From positions 575 to 64,574 of the forward strand of contig JAFMDS010000006.1 of NCBI GenBank assembly GCA_017857175.1: DNA of 64,000 nucleotides. The letters are read 5' to 3'. Numbering within the stretch: position 1 is the stretch's first letter; each line of letters opens with the position of its first letter. The notes beneath the pieces are model-generated. The model did no database searches and had not been told where the DNA came from. It saw only the letters and a list, made by a program, of their open reading frames with translations. This document shows, piece after piece, positions 8,941-18,561 of the stretch. The stretch is from Candidatus Nanopelagicales bacterium (GTDB lineage: Bacteria; Actinomycetota; Actinomycetes; S36-B12). Position numbers and translations under genes: made by a program.

Positions 8941-9582
8941 CTAATCAATTTTAACTAGGCCATGCGGTGTTTCGAACCAAACGGCCGAAACGCCGATTTG
9001 ATCGTTTTCAGGGTCGTCAATCCAGGTGACAAGATCATCAAACTTTTCGAGATCTGGGGTCAATGGGCCAAGGTCTTGGGTCGGGCAGTTGATTTCAATT
9101 TTGTGCACGCGTATGCCGCCTGCTTGTCCGCCATGGGAAGGGTGCTGATCGGGGGAGGATTCCCATTGAACAAAGAACGGGGACTGAGGATGACTCATGG
9201 TGTCCATGACGCCCAATTGGCGCCAGTGAAGTTCTACTCCATCGGGACGCACTCGATGACCCTTTGCTGCCTTGCGTCCGAGAGCGGACTCAGCGCGAGA
9301 AATGTCGTCGGTAGCAAGAACCCAACTCATCCAGCCGCCACCGTTGATTGCGGCTTGTTGCACGGCCTGCCCAAATGGTGCCTTGAGAGCCGAAGGATGA
9401 TCTAATGCGCTTACGACTTCAATGTATGCGCCATCAGCGAGTGGCAGCGTGAAGTTCCGAGTACCGAATGAAGGGTGACGCCCACCGTCAACAAAAGTGA
9501 ATCCGAGGTCGACGCCGATGCGTTGTACGACGTCGGCAAGTTCACTACCGGTACATGCATAAGAAATGTGGTCCAGCCGCAT
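8941..9582 (-). CDS. VOC/glyoxalase-like protein
   Basis: MRLDHI...GGRHPSFGTRN...YIEV...RPDG..LHW...PFFVQW. Confidence 0.85.
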   Translation of the reverse strand: MRLDHISYACTGSELADVVQRIGVDLGFTFVDGGRHPSFGTRNFTLPLADGAYIEVVSALDHPSALKAPFGQAVQQAAINGGGWMSWVLATDDISRAESALGRKAAKGHRVRPDGVELHWRQLGVMDTMSHPQSPFFVQWESSPDQHPSHGGQAGGIRVHKIEINCPTQDLGPLTPDLEKFDDLVTWIDDPENDQIGVSAVWFETPHGLVKID

Positions 9583-9682
9583 GCCGTTATCCTGCCCAAC
9601 CCCATTATTCAGTGTTACGCCACCCCCTTGCGAAACCACACAGTTTCCTATGTATAAGCAAGGGTTGTGGCACAGTACGCGC

Positions 9683-10786
9683 ATGGGAGATCAAAGCAAT
9701 GCACATTCAAGCGCTTCAGAAGAATCGGCAGTTCCACCAGTTGTGGCTTTGGACAAAAAGAAGTCACTAATTCTGGGTCTTATCGGTATCGCATTCATTG
9801 TGATAATTTTTTGGAAAGTAATCCCCATGATCGGGAGTTATTCCGAGGCTTGGGACTCATTGAAATCGATGGGCACACTGTCGATCATCCTGATTGTCGT
9901 CATGGTTTTGCTCTACCTAGCCATGTATGGGCTCCCGTTTGTAGCGGCCGCACCAGGTTTAAAGTATTGGCGGGCGCAACAAACAAACCAAGCTGCATTT
10001 GCCATCAGTAACGGAGTTCCAGGCGGCGGCGCTGTTGGATTGGGCGTGCAATTTGGCATGTTATCCACATTCGGGGTGTCAGCGACGAGTGCAACTGCTG
10101 CCATCACCGCGGTGGGCCTTTGGAGCACGTTCATCACGTTATTTTTCCCCATTCTTGGGGTTGCCGCGATCACCCTTTTTGGGGTCAGTGGGGATAGCCA
10201 CGCCGCTACTGGTCTGATTGGTATCGCAATCCTTGTCACGGTTGTTGTGGCATTCGTACTCATTATGCGATCAGAGTCTTTGGCGGTCACTATAGGTAAC
10301 TTGGGCAACAAAATCATCGGTCCATTGCGCAAACATGTTAAGGCGCTGGCCAATCTTGACCTTGTGCCGCCAATCACGAAGTTTCGCCAAGACATGTATG
10401 ACCTCCTTCGCAAACGTTGGGCGGCCCTGACCCTGGCACAAATCGCAGTCTCATTCACCCAGTTTCTGATCCTTTATGTTGCCCTTCGCGGCGTGGAAGG
10501 TTGGGACACAGCGGGCACTTCATTTGCGGCCGCCTTTGCGGCGTTCTCAATAAGCCAACTTGGCCTGATGATTCCCATTACTCCAGGAGGACTCGGCACG
10601 GTGGATGCCGCGATGATCGCCCTTCTCGTGAGTTTTGGTGCCAGTGAGGGAAGTGCAACCGCGGCAGACTTGGTCTGGAGGGCTTCATCGTTTATCCCCC
10701 AAATCATTATCGGAATAGTGGCTCTACTCGCGTGGTATCGGAAAGCTGGTCAAGCATTAGCCAAGGTGAAACCAACTGCCGCTTAA
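9683..10786 (+). CDS. Lysylphosphatidylglycerol synthase TM (flippase-like) family membrane protein
   Basis: Polytopic; PGGGAVG, PITPGGLGTVD and LVWR motifs. Confidence 0.85.
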   Translation: MGDQSNAHSSASEESAVPPVVALDKKKSLILGLIGIAFIVIIFWKVIPMIGSYSEAWDSLKSMGTLSIILIVVMVLLYLAMYGLPFVAAAPGLKYWRAQQTNQAAFAISNGVPGGGAVGLGVQFGMLSTFGVSATSATAAITAVGLWSTFITLFFPILGVAAITLFGVSGDSHAATGLIGIAILVTVVVAFVLIMRSESLAVTIGNLGNKIIGPLRKHVKALANLDLVPPITKFRQDMYDLLRKRWAALTLAQIAVSFTQFLILYVALRGVEGWDTAGTSFAAAFAAFSISQLGLMIPITPGGLGTVDAAMIALLVSFGASEGSATAADLVWRASSFIPQIIIGIVALLAWYRKAGQALAKVKPTAA

Positions 10787-10852
10787 GCCTTCATGACACA
10801 TACCGCGTGTCGGCTCAACGGGTGGAAGACCCACCCACTATTGTTCAGCGCA

Positions 10853-10900
10853 ACCCGGTCGTCGCGGGAGGGGAAGCCTTCGGCGGCCGGGTCTTTCTTT
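10853..10900 (+). terminator. Hairpin plus U-rich tail (terminator or sRNA 3' end)
   Basis: ACCCGGTCGTCG / CGGCGGCCGGGT 12-bp stem with two G-U pairs, GGGAGGGGA-containing loop, then CTTTCTTT. Confidence 0.65.
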
Positions 10901-10987
10901 GCTCCTCGGGCGGATAGTCAAAGTCCTCGCGCCAAATAAATTATGTGGGTTTGCGCGCGGTCCATTAAGGCTGGCTAAAGTTCTCGT

Positions 10988-11785
10988 GTGCAAACGCAAC
11001 CCAAGAAGTGGCAGAAATACGTGGCCATCGGTGACAGCTTTACTGAAGGACTTTCAGACAGAGGGCTCGGGGACTCGTATTTGGGTTGGGCTGATCGGTT
11101 GGCGCAGACACTGGCCGATAGATACTGCACTCTTGATGAACCGCTGCTTTATGCGAACCTAGCGATTCGCGGTCGACTCTTACCGCAGATGGTGTCAGAG
11201 CAGGTTCCCCGCGCATTGGAACTAGGTCCAGATCTTGTGACGTTTGCAGGCGGTGTCAACGATGCCATGCGAAAGTCATTCGATCTTGATGCGAAGGCCA
11301 CAGAGATGGAGCGTGGTGTTCGAGCCCTGCGAAAGGCGGGCATTGACGTCATGCTGGTGGCATTTGGTGATCCCTCGAGCACTTCGAGCGTCATGAGCCT
11401 AATCGGCCAGCGGTTCGCTGGCCTCAGATCGGCAACGCTGGCTATCGCAGAGGAGTATGACTGCTATTTAATGGATTTTTGGGGCGAGCAAGCCTTTGAA
11501 GATCCCGACGTTTGGGATGAAGATCGGTTGCACTTGAATCCGCGCGGGCACGAGTTGACCACTCGAGCAGCGCTAAACAGTTTGGGCTGGGGAGACGATA
11601 GTTGGCGTGAGATTTCCGAAATTGGCGCCCAGCCGAGTGCGGTGTCGCGTTGGGTTGGGCACGCTCGATGGGCAAAAAATCATGGTTACCCGTGGGTCAG
11701 TAGGAGGCTCAGAGGTGTTTCCTCTGGCGACGGAGTTGAGCCAAAGTATTGGGAATTCAAGACCGTGCGGCCATTGATCGACTAA
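10988..11785 (+). CDS. SGNH/GDSL hydrolase
   Basis: [35 protein letters not shown]. Confidence 0.92.
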   Translation: MQTQPKKWQKYVAIGDSFTEGLSDRGLGDSYLGWADRLAQTLADRYCTLDEPLLYANLAIRGRLLPQMVSEQVPRALELGPDLVTFAGGVNDAMRKSFDLDAKATEMERGVRALRKAGIDVMLVAFGDPSSTSSVMSLIGQRFAGLRSATLAIAEEYDCYLMDFWGEQAFEDPDVWDEDRLHLNPRGHELTTRAALNSLGWGDDSWREISEIGAQPSAVSRWVGHARWAKNHGYPWVSRRLRGVSSGDGVEPKYWEFKTVRPLID

Positions 11786-11881
11786 CAAACAACTGTGCAC
11801 AATTCTGAGTTCGAATGACAGTGGATCCACAACGAGTTTCGAGCGCAACAAAAATCTGAAGTATTCGTGGATCTTGTATCC

Positions 11882-12922
11882 ATGACTCCGAAAATGCGCA
11901 TGGTTCAACATGCATTAGGTGCAAAAGACCATGGCGAGCACATTGATAAGGCCACGGCAGAATTCGCGAGCCTTGTTAGGCGCCTTGGGTTCTATCCGCG
12001 TGACAGCGTTCTTTTCACATGGTTTCGATCTGGAACAGAGGTACTCGTGCAACGTGTTGATCTGGGCGTTGACGTTGACAAGCACTTTAACCGCTGGCTT
12101 GAGTCCGTGTTCGCCCCTGCGAAGGCCTACGAGCCCCAAGAGGTGCGTGTGTCAATTGTGTGTTCGGAGTCCTGGTTCAACAAGGTGGCATTAATTCAGA
12201 TGCTGGAGGCTTGCCTTCGTGAGAAAGGGATATTCGTCTCAGCCGCATCTTCAGTGTGTGCCCTCGAGCTGGCTAATGACTCAGTAGCACATGGAGTGTG
12301 GACCACCGAATGTTCACAATGTTGTGACGACTGGCATGTGGCCACCGAATTCGCCAACGACGGAGCCAACATATTGAGATCTAGAGAGGAACTGAGAGAA
12401 CTCTTCTGCTATCAGGTATCAATGGCAATCAATCCCGAGTTCATTAAAAAGGTCATGAGAGTCGATGTGGCGGCTAAGGACCGTTGGAGAACGAATCAGT
12501 TGCGCTTGATTGTGAAATGCTTTCAAGGCGAGGCTGAGACCACTGATCTCATGGCTGCGCGGATGGCATACGCATTGAGTGATGTTCGTGTCCGAGACAC
12601 AATCTTGTGGGATATGGCTTCGGGGTGCCTCGAGTCTCAAATTGTGTTTGAGTGTTTGATGGGCCTGATCCCGAGATTAACGGGGGCGTGGGTAGCGGGA
12701 TTCATCTGTGTGGCCGCCGTTGCTGCGTGGTTGCAGGGCAATGGCGCCACAGCAAATATGTGCATTGACCGCGCTTTGGCTGAGGCGCCGGAGAACAATC
12801 TGGCTAATCTGTTGCGAGTGTCCTTGAACAACGGAATATCTCCACAATTATGGGTGGAAAGTGTGCTGGAACTCTCTCGTGAGGAGTGCCGTTACGGGGT
12901 ACCGCTAGCGCAAATTCCCTAG
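11882..12922 (+). CDS. DUF4192 family protein
   Basis: LGFYPRDS near the N-terminus; DVRVRD and AWLQGNGATA..IDRAL..P...LA.LL in the C-terminal half; start uncertain (11867 or 11882). Confidence 0.8.
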   Translation: MTPKMRMVQHALGAKDHGEHIDKATAEFASLVRRLGFYPRDSVLFTWFRSGTEVLVQRVDLGVDVDKHFNRWLESVFAPAKAYEPQEVRVSIVCSESWFNKVALIQMLEACLREKGIFVSAASSVCALELANDSVAHGVWTTECSQCCDDWHVATEFANDGANILRSREELRELFCYQVSMAINPEFIKKVMRVDVAAKDRWRTNQLRLIVKCFQGEAETTDLMAARMAYALSDVRVRDTILWDMASGCLESQIVFECLMGLIPRLTGAWVAGFICVAAVAAWLQGNGATANMCIDRALAEAPENNLANLLRVSLNNGISPQLWVESVLELSREECRYGVPLAQIP

Positions 12923-12941
12923 TCGGGTTATAGTTCTGCTC

Positions 12942-13050
12942 GGTCAAGAGATCAGCATCAAGCCCCGGCTCGCTGATCGGCAACCCTCCAACCGCGGTGG
13001 GGTGCTCCCGGTGGAGACCAGGTCCTATCTCGGTAGGGCAAGCGCGGGTC
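12942..13050 (+). ncRNA. SAM-IV riboswitch
   Basis: GGTCAAGAG..CAGC..CAAGCCCCGGCTCGCTG..CGGCAACCCTCCAACCGCGGTGGGGTGC..GGTG.AGACCAGG...GGCAAGCGCGG matches the SAM-IV pattern; TATAGT -10 at 12929-12934; upstream of metY. Confidence 0.93.
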
Positions 13051-13088
13051 TTGCACAGGGCAAGGCCCCAAATGACAAAAGGGCTGCC

Positions 13089-13124
13089 ATGAAAATCTGC
13101 TGTTGTACCCGCACCGTCTCCTGA
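13089..13124 (+). CDS. Putative Cys-rich leader peptide MKICCCTRTVS
   Basis: ATG AAA ATC TGC TGT TGT ACC CGC ACC GTC TCC TGA preceded by AAAAGGG; lies between the riboswitch and metY. Confidence 0.55.
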   Translation: MKICCCTRTVS

Positions 13125-13257
13125 GTGTTGTTCGCAGGCTCGGGCGATAAAGGTGCGTTGTGATGCGAATCAAAAATCTTGAACAACTGTTTTTACATTA
13201 AACGTTTTAACTTAAATTGGTGCTTTGTGGCACCTTCATTGAATCTGGAGAAAAATC

Positions 13258-14571
13258 ATGAGTGAAACTTGGTCGTTCGAAACAAAGCAAATCCACGCGG
13301 GCCAGACAGCCGATGAATCCACGGGCGCACGCGCCTTGCCGATTTATCAGACCACCTCCTATGTCTTCAAGGACACGGAACATGCTGCAAACCTGTTTGC
13401 TCTCAAAGAATTGGGAAACATCTACACGCGAATAATGAATCCGACACAAGCAGCGGTCGAGGACCGCATTGCTGCCCTCGAAGGTGGCGTGGGCGCGCTG
13501 CTGGTCGCGAGTGGTCAGGCAGCTGAGACGCTGGCAATTTTGAATATCGCTGAAGCTGGAGATCACGTTGTTTCCAGCCCAAGTTTGTACGGGGGAACCT
13601 ACAACCTGTTCCATTACACGCTGCCAAAGCTTGGCATTGAGGTTAGTTTCGTGGAGAACCCTGATGATCTGGATTCATGGCGGGCAGCAATTAAGCCCAA
13701 CACCAAGGCTTTTTACGGTGAATCACTGTCGAACCCACGTAATGATGTACTCGATATTGAAGGCGTTGCGGGCGTAGCACATGAATTTGGAGTCCCTTTG
13801 ATCGTGGATAACACGGTTGCCACCCCTTATCTCATTCGCCCATTTGAGTTCGGCGCTGACGTAGTTGTCCATTCCGCGACCAAATACCTTGGCGGCCACG
13901 GAACGGCGGTTGCAGGAGCAATCGTCGACGCAGGAACTTTCGATTACGCCAAATATCCTGAGCGGTTCCCCAACTACAATCAGCCCGACCCCAGCTACCA
14001 CGGGCTTGTTTACGCACGCGACCTCGGTGTTGGCGGAGCCTTCGGTGTGAACCTTGCGTTCATTCTGAAAGCCCGTGTGCAATTGCTGCGCGACCTAGGT
14101 GCGGCCGTTTCACCATTTAACGCATTCCTGATAGCACAAGGGATAGAAACCTTGTCGTTGCGCGTGGCGCGTCACACCGAAAATGCGCTAGCGGTTGCTC
14201 GCTGGCTTGACAACCAAGATGGTGTCATTTCGGTCAACTATGCAGGCCTTGAGAGCAGTCCTTGGTACGCGAATGGTCAGAAATATGCACCTCTCGGCAC
14301 AGGTGGCGTACTGAGTTTCGAAATCAAGGGTGGAATTGATGCGGGTCGAAAGTTTGTTGAAGGCTTGCAGCTTCACAGTCATGTGGCCAATATCGGTGAC
14401 GTTCGGTCACTGGTTATTCATCCTGCATCGACCACTCACTCACAACTCACACCGGAAGAACAACTGGCTTCTGGTGTTACGCCAGGACTGGTGCGGCTAG
14501 CAGTTGGACTTGAAGCCCTGCCCGATATTTTGGCGGACCTCGAGGTCGGCTTCGCTGCAGCTGGGCAATAG
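13258..14571 (+). CDS. metY: O-acetylhomoserine/O-acetylserine sulfhydrylase
   Basis: PIYQTTSY, GNIYTRIMNPT, HSATKYLGGHG (PLP lysine), NIGDVRSLVIHPASTTH. Confidence 0.95.
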   Translation: MSETWSFETKQIHAGQTADESTGARALPIYQTTSYVFKDTEHAANLFALKELGNIYTRIMNPTQAAVEDRIAALEGGVGALLVASGQAAETLAILNIAEAGDHVVSSPSLYGGTYNLFHYTLPKLGIEVSFVENPDDLDSWRAAIKPNTKAFYGESLSNPRNDVLDIEGVAGVAHEFGVPLIVDNTVATPYLIRPFEFGADVVVHSATKYLGGHGTAVAGAIVDAGTFDYAKYPERFPNYNQPDPSYHGLVYARDLGVGGAFGVNLAFILKARVQLLRDLGAAVSPFNAFLIAQGIETLSLRVARHTENALAVARWLDNQDGVISVNYAGLESSPWYANGQKYAPLGTGGVLSFEIKGGIDAGRKFVEGLQLHSHVANIGDVRSLVIHPASTTHSQLTPEEQLASGVTPGLVRLAVGLEALPDILADLEVGFAAAGQ

Positions 14572-14582
14572 GAACTCTTTTA

Positions 14583-15755
14583 ATGTCTGCATACGGCCCA
14601 CTTTCCTATGAAGGTCTCCCTCCCGCCAGCGCTGCCTGGCGGGAGGGGGATCCTCTTGGGCGTCGTCAATTTATAACCATTGAGGGCTTTGTCACCGAAA
14701 GCCAATTCCGATTCCCTGAGGTCCGCATTGCCTATGAAACCTGGGGTGCTTTGAATGACACGGGCACAAACGCGATTTATATCTGCCATGCGCTGACGGG
14801 TGATTCCCATGTTTCAGGTGAGGCAGGTCCGGGGCATGTAACGGCAGGCTGGTGGGATGGTCTGATTGGGCCCGGAAAAGCAATAGACACTAATGAGTAT
14901 TTTGTTGTTTGTGCCAATGTTCTCGGTGGTGCGCAGGGTACAACTGGGCCTTCATCTTTGGACCCTGAAGGTGTGCCGTGGGGCAGTAGATTCCCAACGA
15001 TAACTATCACTGACATGGTGGAAATTGAGCACGAGCTCATGGCTACCTTGGGAATACAACGATGGCAATTGATGCTTGGACCCTCCCTTGGAGGTATGCG
15101 AGTACTTGAATGGATGATTCGGTATCCAGATGCCGTCTGTGGTGGTTTGGTGTTGGGTTCGACAGCAGCTGTTTCCGCGGATCAGATTGGCATTCATGCG
15201 ACTCAAATCATGGCGATCGAATCAGACGCTGAATTTAATGGCGGTGACTATTACGAATCAGATTTAGGCCCGGTAGTGGGCATGGGACTGGCCCGCCGCA
15301 TTGCACATCTGACATATCGAAGTGAGACAGAGTTAGATCTGCGTTTTGGCCGAAGCCCTCAAGGGTCAGAGGACCCATATGGCGGGGGCCGTTTTGCGGT
15401 CGAGTCATACCTCGATCATCATGCAGACAAGTTGAATAGGCGCTTTGACGCCAACACATACATAGCGCTAACTCGTGCCATGAGTCTTTTCGATCTTGGA
15501 AGAAATCGTGGCGGTGTGGCGAGTGCTCTAGGGCGGATTACGCAACCTCTCACGGTGGTAGGAATTGACTCGGACAGGCTCTTTCCCATCAGACTTCAGC
15601 AGGAGATCGTCGAGCTTGCACCCGGGGCTGATGAACTGCATATATTGACATCACCATACGGGCATGATGGTTTCCTGGTCGAGAATGAGCAAGTTGGTGG
15701 CTTCGTTCGTCATGCGCTCGAACGAGTAAAGGAATCGAACTGCACTAGTACTTGA
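14583..15755 (+). CDS. metX: Homoserine O-acetyltransferase
   Basis: HALTGDSH, GWWDGLIGPG, GPSLGGM, RFDANTY, SDRLFP, YGHDGFL. Confidence 0.95.
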   Translation: MSAYGPLSYEGLPPASAAWREGDPLGRRQFITIEGFVTESQFRFPEVRIAYETWGALNDTGTNAIYICHALTGDSHVSGEAGPGHVTAGWWDGLIGPGKAIDTNEYFVVCANVLGGAQGTTGPSSLDPEGVPWGSRFPTITITDMVEIEHELMATLGIQRWQLMLGPSLGGMRVLEWMIRYPDAVCGGLVLGSTAAVSADQIGIHATQIMAIESDAEFNGGDYYESDLGPVVGMGLARRIAHLTYRSETELDLRFGRSPQGSEDPYGGGRFAVESYLDHHADKLNRRFDANTYIALTRAMSLFDLGRNRGGVASALGRITQPLTVVGIDSDRLFPIRLQQEIVELAPGADELHILTSPYGHDGFLVENEQVGGFVRHALERVKESNCTST

Positions 15756-15843
15756 TTGGTTGCCAAGGGAAGGGCATCGCAATCTATCCACAGCACCGAT
15801 TTTCCGGGTTGATATCGGCTAGAGACACTCCCACAATGGGTGA

Positions 15844-16662
15844 ATGCGTCGTGTACAAGGGCTACGTCCCACTCTATTTATCGCATTCGTCATGATGAGC
15901 CTGATTCCAGTGAGTTCGATGGCTCCCGCAGTATCCGGCGCGGAGGTTGTGGGCAATCCGGAATTGATCAGATACGAGGGTAGTGGGGGATTGGTCCTCC
16001 CACCCTCCGTGGACCGAGTGACTCGAAATGAGGTGGCCCAGTGCCGCGGATGTTCTTGGAAAATCACCTCTGCGTGCGTCCCCGACGCTGAAAACTATTG
16101 CGATGCCGCACTAAGGGGATGCCCCGGTCTCATTGACCACGTTCGAACGTGGTTTCGACCTGCTGGGGGCCAGTGGCGCGAAACCGGTCTGATTTGTCTG
16201 TCCTCGAATACGGTAACCACTTTGGTCGGCATCGAGGGGCTAATCGCAGAGAGTTTCTATCAATACGTACCGGAACTGAATCCACGCTGCTGGCCCGAAT
16301 CAGGACCCGTTGTCAATATCCCGTTACTATGCGGATCAGGCCAAGCAGGGGGGACTCAAGAGTGGTCTCAAAGGGTGTCCGGTTTCGCCATTGCGATAAA
16401 TGCCGAACCGCAGTGGGCATGGAACTTCGAGCGGGAATACCGAACCTCTGATCTGCCTGGCGGGCCTTATCCAGACATGTCAGTAACCCATACCTTCCAT
16501 ACTTCCGGAACAAAACACGTGGTAGTCGAAGCGCGATGGAGCGGGATTTTCAGTATTGATGGCCTTGGGCCTTTCCCCATTGAAAGGGACCTGCGTCAGG
16601 TGAAGGGCTTTGAGGTCGAGATTGGCCAGGCGCATGCACGATTAACGCGCCCCAACGCATGA
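15844..16662 (+). CDS. Secreted Cys-rich protein with PKD-like C-terminal domain
   Basis: Signal peptide; 8 Cys; WAWNF...PGGPYP..SVTHTF...G...V.VEARWSG.F. Confidence 0.6.
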   Translation: MRRVQGLRPTLFIAFVMMSLIPVSSMAPAVSGAEVVGNPELIRYEGSGGLVLPPSVDRVTRNEVAQCRGCSWKITSACVPDAENYCDAALRGCPGLIDHVRTWFRPAGGQWRETGLICLSSNTVTTLVGIEGLIAESFYQYVPELNPRCWPESGPVVNIPLLCGSGQAGGTQEWSQRVSGFAIAINAEPQWAWNFEREYRTSDLPGGPYPDMSVTHTFHTSGTKHVVVEARWSGIFSIDGLGPFPIERDLRQVKGFEVEIGQAHARLTRPNA

Positions 16663-16762
16663 GGCTCAGACTGGGCATGTCAAGATAGAGCGCCCGAACA
16701 AGCCAAAAGGCTTGACTCGGGCACTTGTTGTGGCTAATCGGCAGAAGGGCATTCTCTCTCAC

Positions 16763-18151
16763 ATGGCAACTACCGCAAAAAAGACTGCTGCGAAAAAAAC
16801 CGTGAAAAAAACAGTACCGGCGAAAACTGCGCCGGTAAAGAAAGCGGCTGCAAAAAAGACCGTGCCTGTGAAGAAAGCTGCGCCCGTTAAAAAGGCTGTT
16901 GCGAAGAAAACTGCTGCGAAGATTGATTCCCCCGTTAAAAAGGCTGTTGCAAAGAAAACTGCTGCGAAGAAGGATTCTGCACCGACCAAGTCTTCAAAGT
17001 CACAAGGCGATGAAATGGTAGAGGTCATCGAAGCAGGCGACGAAGTAATTGAAGTAGAGCTCAGCGATGAACCAGATTTGGCAATTGCGGCGGAACTGGA
17101 AAAGGACCTTGAAGCCGATCTTGAGAAGGATCTCGCCGCGGTCACGGAAGAAGAACCTGCGAAAGATGGCGCCGCCGACAGTTATGTGATTTCACACGTT
17201 GATGAGACCGATGAACCTGTGCAGACGGTCACCGTTGCAGGTGCCACGGCTGACCCGGTGAAGGACTACCTCAAGCAAATCGGAAAAGTCCCGCTGCTCA
17301 ATGCAGAAATGGAAGTGGAGTTAGCCAAACGTATTGAAGCAGGACTCTTTGCTGAGGAAATGCTCAATGAGGGCGGCAAGATGGACAAAAAGACACGTGG
17401 AGACATGGAATGGATCGCCACTGACGGCCGTAGGGCTAAAAACCATCTGTTAGAAGCGAACTTACGCCTTGTTGTTTCGCTGGCTAAGCGTTACACCGGC
17501 AGGGGCATGCTTTTTCTTGACTTGATTCAAGAGGGAAACCTGGGCTTAATCCGAGCGGTCGAGAAATTCGACTACACCAAGGGATACAAATTCTCGACGT
17601 ATGCAACCTGGTGGATCCGACAGGCAATCACTCGAGCGATGGCTGACCAGGCACGCACGATCCGAATTCCCGTCCACATGGTGGAAGTGATCAATAAACT
17701 CGCACGCGTGCAGCGCCAGATGCTGCAGGATCTAGGCCGCGAACCGACCCCCGAAGAACTAGCCATGGAATTGGACATGACGCCTGAAAAGGTCGTTGAG
17801 GTTCAAAAGTACGGCCGTGAGCCAATCTCGCTACATACTCCGCTCGGTGAAGAAGGGGACAGCGAATTTGGTGACCTGATCGAGGATTCCGAGGCGATCG
17901 TTCCTAGTGATGCTGTCTCATTTACCCTGTTGCAGGAGCAGTTGGAGTCAGTCTTGGACACGCTTTCAGACCGTGAGGCCGGCGTTGTGCGAATGAGGTT
18001 TGGACTCACCGATGGCCAGCCAAAAACCCTTGATGAAATTGGGAAGGTTTATGGAGTTACGCGCGAAAGAATTCGGCAGATAGAGAGCAAGACGATGTCG
18101 AAATTGCGCCACCCATCACGCTCACAGGTGCTCCGAGATTACCTCGACTAA
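16763..18151 (+). CDS. rpoD: Principal RNA polymerase sigma factor (SigA/HrdB)
   Basis: [56 protein letters not shown]; Lys/Ala-rich N-terminus. Confidence 0.97.
   Translation: MATTAKKTAAKKTVKKTVPAKTAPVKKAAAKKTVPVKKAAPVKKAVAKKTAAKIDSPVKKAVAKKTAAKKDSAPTKSSKSQGDEMVEVIEAGDEVIEVELSDEPDLAIAAELEKDLEADLEKDLAAVTEEEPAKDGAADSYVISHVDETDEPVQTVTVAGATADPVKDYLKQIGKVPLLNAEMEVELAKRIEAGLFAEEMLNEGGKMDKKTRGDMEWIATDGRRAKNHLLEANLRLVVSLAKRYTGRGMLFLDLIQEGNLGLIRAVEKFDYTKGYKFSTYATWWIRQAITRAMADQARTIRIPVHMVEVINKLARVQRQMLQDLGREPTPEELAMELDMTPEKVVEVQKYGREPISLHTPLGEEGDSEFGDLIEDSEAIVPSDAVSFTLLQEQLESVLDTLSDREAGVVRMRFGLTDGQPKTLDEIGKVYGVTRERIRQIESKTMSKLRHPSRSQVLRDYLD
16883..16970 (+). repeat. In-frame direct repeat (48-bp period) in the sigma factor N-terminus
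   Basis: CCCGTTAAAAAGGCTGTTGC(G/A)AAGAAAACTGCTGCGAAGA at 16883 and 16931, encoding [13 protein letters not shown] twice. Confidence 0.85.
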
Positions 18152-18171
18152 AATTTAAGCCGAAAGATCGA

Positions 18172-18191
18172 CGCAGATGTTCACATCTGCG
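18172..18191. terminator. Inverted repeat between convergent genes
   Basis: CGCAGATGT-TC-ACATCTGCG; no clear U tract. Confidence 0.45.
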
Positions 18192-18210
18192 CGGCTGGCG
18201 AATCTACTCG

Positions 18211-18435
18211 TTATACAACCGTTGGCGTTTCATTGAGCTTATGCAGCTCATTAATGATCAATGCGGCCTGCGGTGTCAATGCGGCCTCGTGGGCGCCCCA
18301 GTGATGGCCGCAAAATAGCAAATGGGTCCCACCTGCGAGTTCAACCTGAACATAGGCTTGAGCACCGCACCGATCACAGCGGTCCGTGGCACTCAGCACA
18401 GGAGAGGTCATTGTCTGGGTCGCTTGATCTGACAT
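18211..18435 (-). CDS. Conserved small actinobacterial Zn-binding protein
   Basis: L.ATDRCDRCGAQAYV...LLFCGHH; typical neighbour of parE. Confidence 0.8.
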   Translation of the reverse strand: MSDQATQTMTSPVLSATDRCDRCGAQAYVQVELAGGTHLLFCGHHWGAHEAALTPQAALIINELHKLNETPTVV

Positions 18436-18561
18436 GTCTTAAGTTAAACACGGAAAGGCTCCAAGTGAGCGGGATTGACTCGCTGGTTCGCCCACGGCGA
18501 ATTTTCCGCTCCTTCGGTCTGCCTTCGATGCAAACAGACGATACCTGACTAAGTTGGGGCA

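Noticed and set aside
13072-13092. Tiny ORF MTKGLP overlapping the Cys uORF start (ATGA)
   Set aside because: No RBS or compositional signal; a 6-codon ORF is expected by chance
16759-17145. Hydrophobic antisense ORF rich in FFAA repeats
   Set aside because: Mirror of the Lys/Ala repeats of the sigma factor
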